DNA of 64,000 bases from an uncultured Acidobacteriaceae bacterium (lineage in GTDB: Bacteria > Acidobacteriota > Terriglobia > Terriglobales > Acidobacteriaceae), in the NCBI GenBank assembly GCA_963801885.1, contig CAWDGL010000008.1, positions 1,441,757 through 1,505,756 of the forward strand. The letters are read 5' to 3'. This document shows, one piece after another, positions 62,701 to 64,000 of this stretch; position 1 is the stretch's first letter, and every line of letters starts with the position of its first letter. The notes beneath the pieces were generated by a model. The model did no database searches. It saw only the letters and a program-made list of their open reading frames with translations, and had not been told where the DNA came from. The translations under genes and the position numbers were made by a program.

Positions 62701-63675
62701 GCTAGGCACGTCGCGCAAAACACTGCTGCCTAGGGCTTGCCGGAACCCTTCATAGTTGGCGAAGAAGAAGAGACGGTTCTTCACAATCGGGCCGCCGACC
62801 GCAACTCCAAACACGTTGTACAGGCGCTTGGACGCCTTGTTGGGTTCGCCACTGCCTAGTTGGGATGCCTTCAAGAAGGGGTCGTTGGCACTGAAAATGG
62901 TATTGCGGTTGTACTCATAGACCGTGCCGTGAAAACTGTTGGTGCCGCTCTTTGTGACCAACGCAACCTGGCCTCCGCTGGAATAGCCGGAGTCGGCATT
63001 GGCGTTCGCGGTCGTGACCCGGAATTCCTCGACTGAGTCGGGCGGCACGTTCAGCACACTCTTAAAAGCGTACCCATTATTCTGGTCGTTGACGCCAATG
63101 CCGTCGAGCTGGACGTTGGATTGGTCGCTGCGCACACCGTTCACGGCGCCGCTCCGCGTGTCGGTGTCCGGATTTACCTGATCCCCCAGGTACGATACAC
63201 CCGGCTGCAGGCTCAGCAGCTCAACTACGTTGCGGGCGGCAATGGGCAATTCGTCGATTTGGGCTTCGTCGACTACGTTGCCCAGCGACGCGTCGGTGCG
63301 GTTGATGAGTGGCGCTTCGCCCTCAACGTTCACGGATTGGGTTACGCCTGCAACCTGCAACCGAATAGCTAGGGTCGCCGGCAATTTGACCATCAGCGTG
63401 ATCTTCGGCGCAACGTAGGGTGCGAAACCTGTTGCGGTTGTCTCTAACCGGTAGTCACCCGGAGGCACGTCAAGGAACTGGTAGAGCCCTGAACCGTTGC
63501 TGGTGGTAGTCCGCTGCGACCCGGTCGCTGGCTCCGTCAAAGTAATCTTCGCGTTGGCAACCGCTGCGCCAGACGAATCAGAAACGTTGCCATTCAGCGA
63601 GCTCGTGGATTGCGCTAGGGCTAGCGAGGCTAGGACGGTCAACGCTGCAAACGCCCAAATCGCGCGACCTGCCAT
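59734..63675 (-). CDS. large TonB-dependent receptor with N-terminal carboxypeptidase-regulatory-like domain
   Basis: ATG 63675. Signal peptide MAGRAIWAFAALTVLASLALAQ. CarboxypepD_reg domain (NGNVSDSSGAAVANAKITLTEPATGSQRTTTSNGSGLYQFLDVPPGDYRL). Plug (IDELPIAARNVVELLSLQPGV). Long barrel ending ...QFALRFAF. Confidence 0.85.
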   Translation of the reverse strand: MAGRAIWAFAALTVLASLALAQSTSSLNGNVSDSSGAAVANAKITLTEPATGSQRTTTSNGSGLYQFLDVPPGDYRLETTATGFAPYVAPKITLMVKLPATLAIRLQVAGVTQSVNVEGEAPLINRTDASLGNVVDEAQIDELPIAARNVVELLSLQPGVSYLGDQVNPDTDTRSGAVNGVRSDQSNVQLDGIGVNDQNNGYAFKSVLNVPPDSVEEFRVTTANANADSGYSSGGQVALVTKSGTNSFHGTVYEYNRNTIFSANDPFLKASQLGSGEPNKASKRLYNVFGVAVGGPIVKNRLFFFANYEGFRQALGSSVLRDVPSATLRAGNLVYLCQRNSDGSLDTADCPGGTVNGVSGVTPGYYALGPAQITGMDPLGIGPSAAVESVLNQYPNPNENAGDGSNTLGYRFSSNADSKWNTYLTRLDYNVTANGSERLFFRGQTQNLKDPGSQQFPGQPAATLALDDSKGVTVGLSSLISPRLINDFHWGYVRQGTQSGGTSVYPGVYLSGLTDLVPFDRSLTRFVPANQFTDTLNWTLKNHTLEFGTDLFVIRNNSISYQDSFSDVSTNAVYLNTGGIANTPSPLDPANNGYPAVDGNFGPNYDSAATILLGIFAEGDGKYNFAHDGSALQQGTAIKRRYAINDYEFYGQDTWRMTPRFTVTYGLRWVLDAPPYETNGLQVSPCVEATGGGCTKQNVTDWFNHTAQLMSQGQPANDAGEISFVLGGPKNHGPGLWNWDHKDFSPRIAVAWAPDTGDGWASKILGKKDKFSVRGGYSIMYSHFGTAIVNSFDQNGSFGLSTDLGNPAGVVTVAGAPRFTCLTGSSCLPAPCASLSGPSCLFGPTPSGSFPVTPSNTAFAINWGLDQTLKTPYTHVFNFSLSRQITSKSSLQVAYVGSVSRRLPMQVDLAMPANPTDPASKMTYFQAGTVLSKAAANSQDVNTVQPVPFFEHMFPSWNAVTAGQLGGGCANGVYPTNPTATQSIYELWTCYPHNETFSLFLMDVPGSITGMNTPNSVDGPYTFFHDQFASLYAWRNIGTSDYNALQVTYNARWGANLQGQFNYTFSKSLDEASAAERIGPYEGTEGTGNDLNGGGIVINSWDPLSLRGLSDFNAFHQINANLVYHLPFGKGQMLGANARPLLNALVGGWHVSGIFRWTSGFPITVDNGFTWATNWNIEGDAEPNGPAPKASNPKNAVVNGVGIGPDIFADPAAAEAAFRPEWPGESGVRNNVIGDGMFNIDTGVSKDFSLGEHRRLEFTWQAFNATNSVRYDVRGEVGNSAQPSLSEDPTQFGKYLSTLTTPRFMQFALRFAF

Positions 63676-64000
63676 CTTAACGCATGGAATTCCGAACTCA
63701 TACCATCGCACGTGCCGACTGCTGCTTGCTTGCCGATCCGTTCGCGTCATCACATAGCCTCCCAGGAAAAAGCAATAGATAGGCGGAACGCGCAGGAAGA
63801 AAAAACGCTGACGTTTCTTCGTGCGTCCGCTTGCAGTCTTTCAATTTCTTGTGTTTATTTTCTAGGTGAACCAGATGCAGCGCTTACCGCCCTAGAGTGG
63901 CGGAATTATACCTGAAGATGGCTGAAGCAATCGTTCAAAAAATCTGGCAGTGGCTCAATTATGTTTATTCCCCCAGCGAGGCAGTCATCCCGAAGCGCTG

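Noticed and set aside
63918-64000. Partial ORF at the window edge (MAEAIVQKIWQWLNYVYSPSEAVIPKR...).
   Set aside because: Only 27 codons are visible, and the end of it coincides with a copy of the GTCATCCCGAA repeat head. That is insufficient to call a gene.

Overview
This is a 64-kb, moderately GC-rich bacterial chromosomal segment. The gene content looks like Acidobacteriota (Terriglobia-type): a ~1300-aa CarboxypepD_reg-type TonB-dependent receptor, a ~1130-aa BNR/sortilin-repeat protein, several secreted M28/M16/M48 peptidases and many sensor kinases. That placement is inferred from gene families, not from a database hit. I call about 55 protein genes and one tRNA-Val(GAC). I found no rRNA, CRISPR array, integrase or transposase. 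Housekeeping genes (rlmN, tsaD, cca, gatCA, cysS, pgsA, trmO) are interleaved with signalling and envelope modules. Candidates worth a second look: (1) An operon at 6.8-11.8 kb encodes a tandem-REC regulator, a short TonB-dependent receptor, a YfiR-like (DUF4154) periplasmic protein and a HAMP kinase. It looks like an outer-membrane-to-kinase signalling module, and I know of no characterised member. (2) A sigma28-type promoter drives a Cys-cluster PAS + degenerate GGDEF protein that directly abuts motA-motB (22.2-25.0 kb). (3) A KaiC-like double ATPase is coupled to a pseudo-receiver/PAS/HisKA_3 kinase, with no KaiA/KaiB in view (0-3.1 kb). (4) An Flp-type pilin gene below the ORF-track size cutoff sits next to a NarL-type two-component pair (34.4 kb). 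(5) There is an egtB-egtD ergothioneine pair. (6) Six frameshifts occur in four otherwise intact genes (TonB receptor, cysS, betaine-type binding protein x2, flavoprotein disulfide reductase x2). All six have the same sign, so consensus insertion errors are the simplest explanation. (7) There are REP-like intergenic repeats and two ~14-nt phased direct-repeat arrays. I did not find a convincing defence island or a clearly new multi-gene machine. The candidates above are hypotheses from domain architecture, motifs and gene order only.
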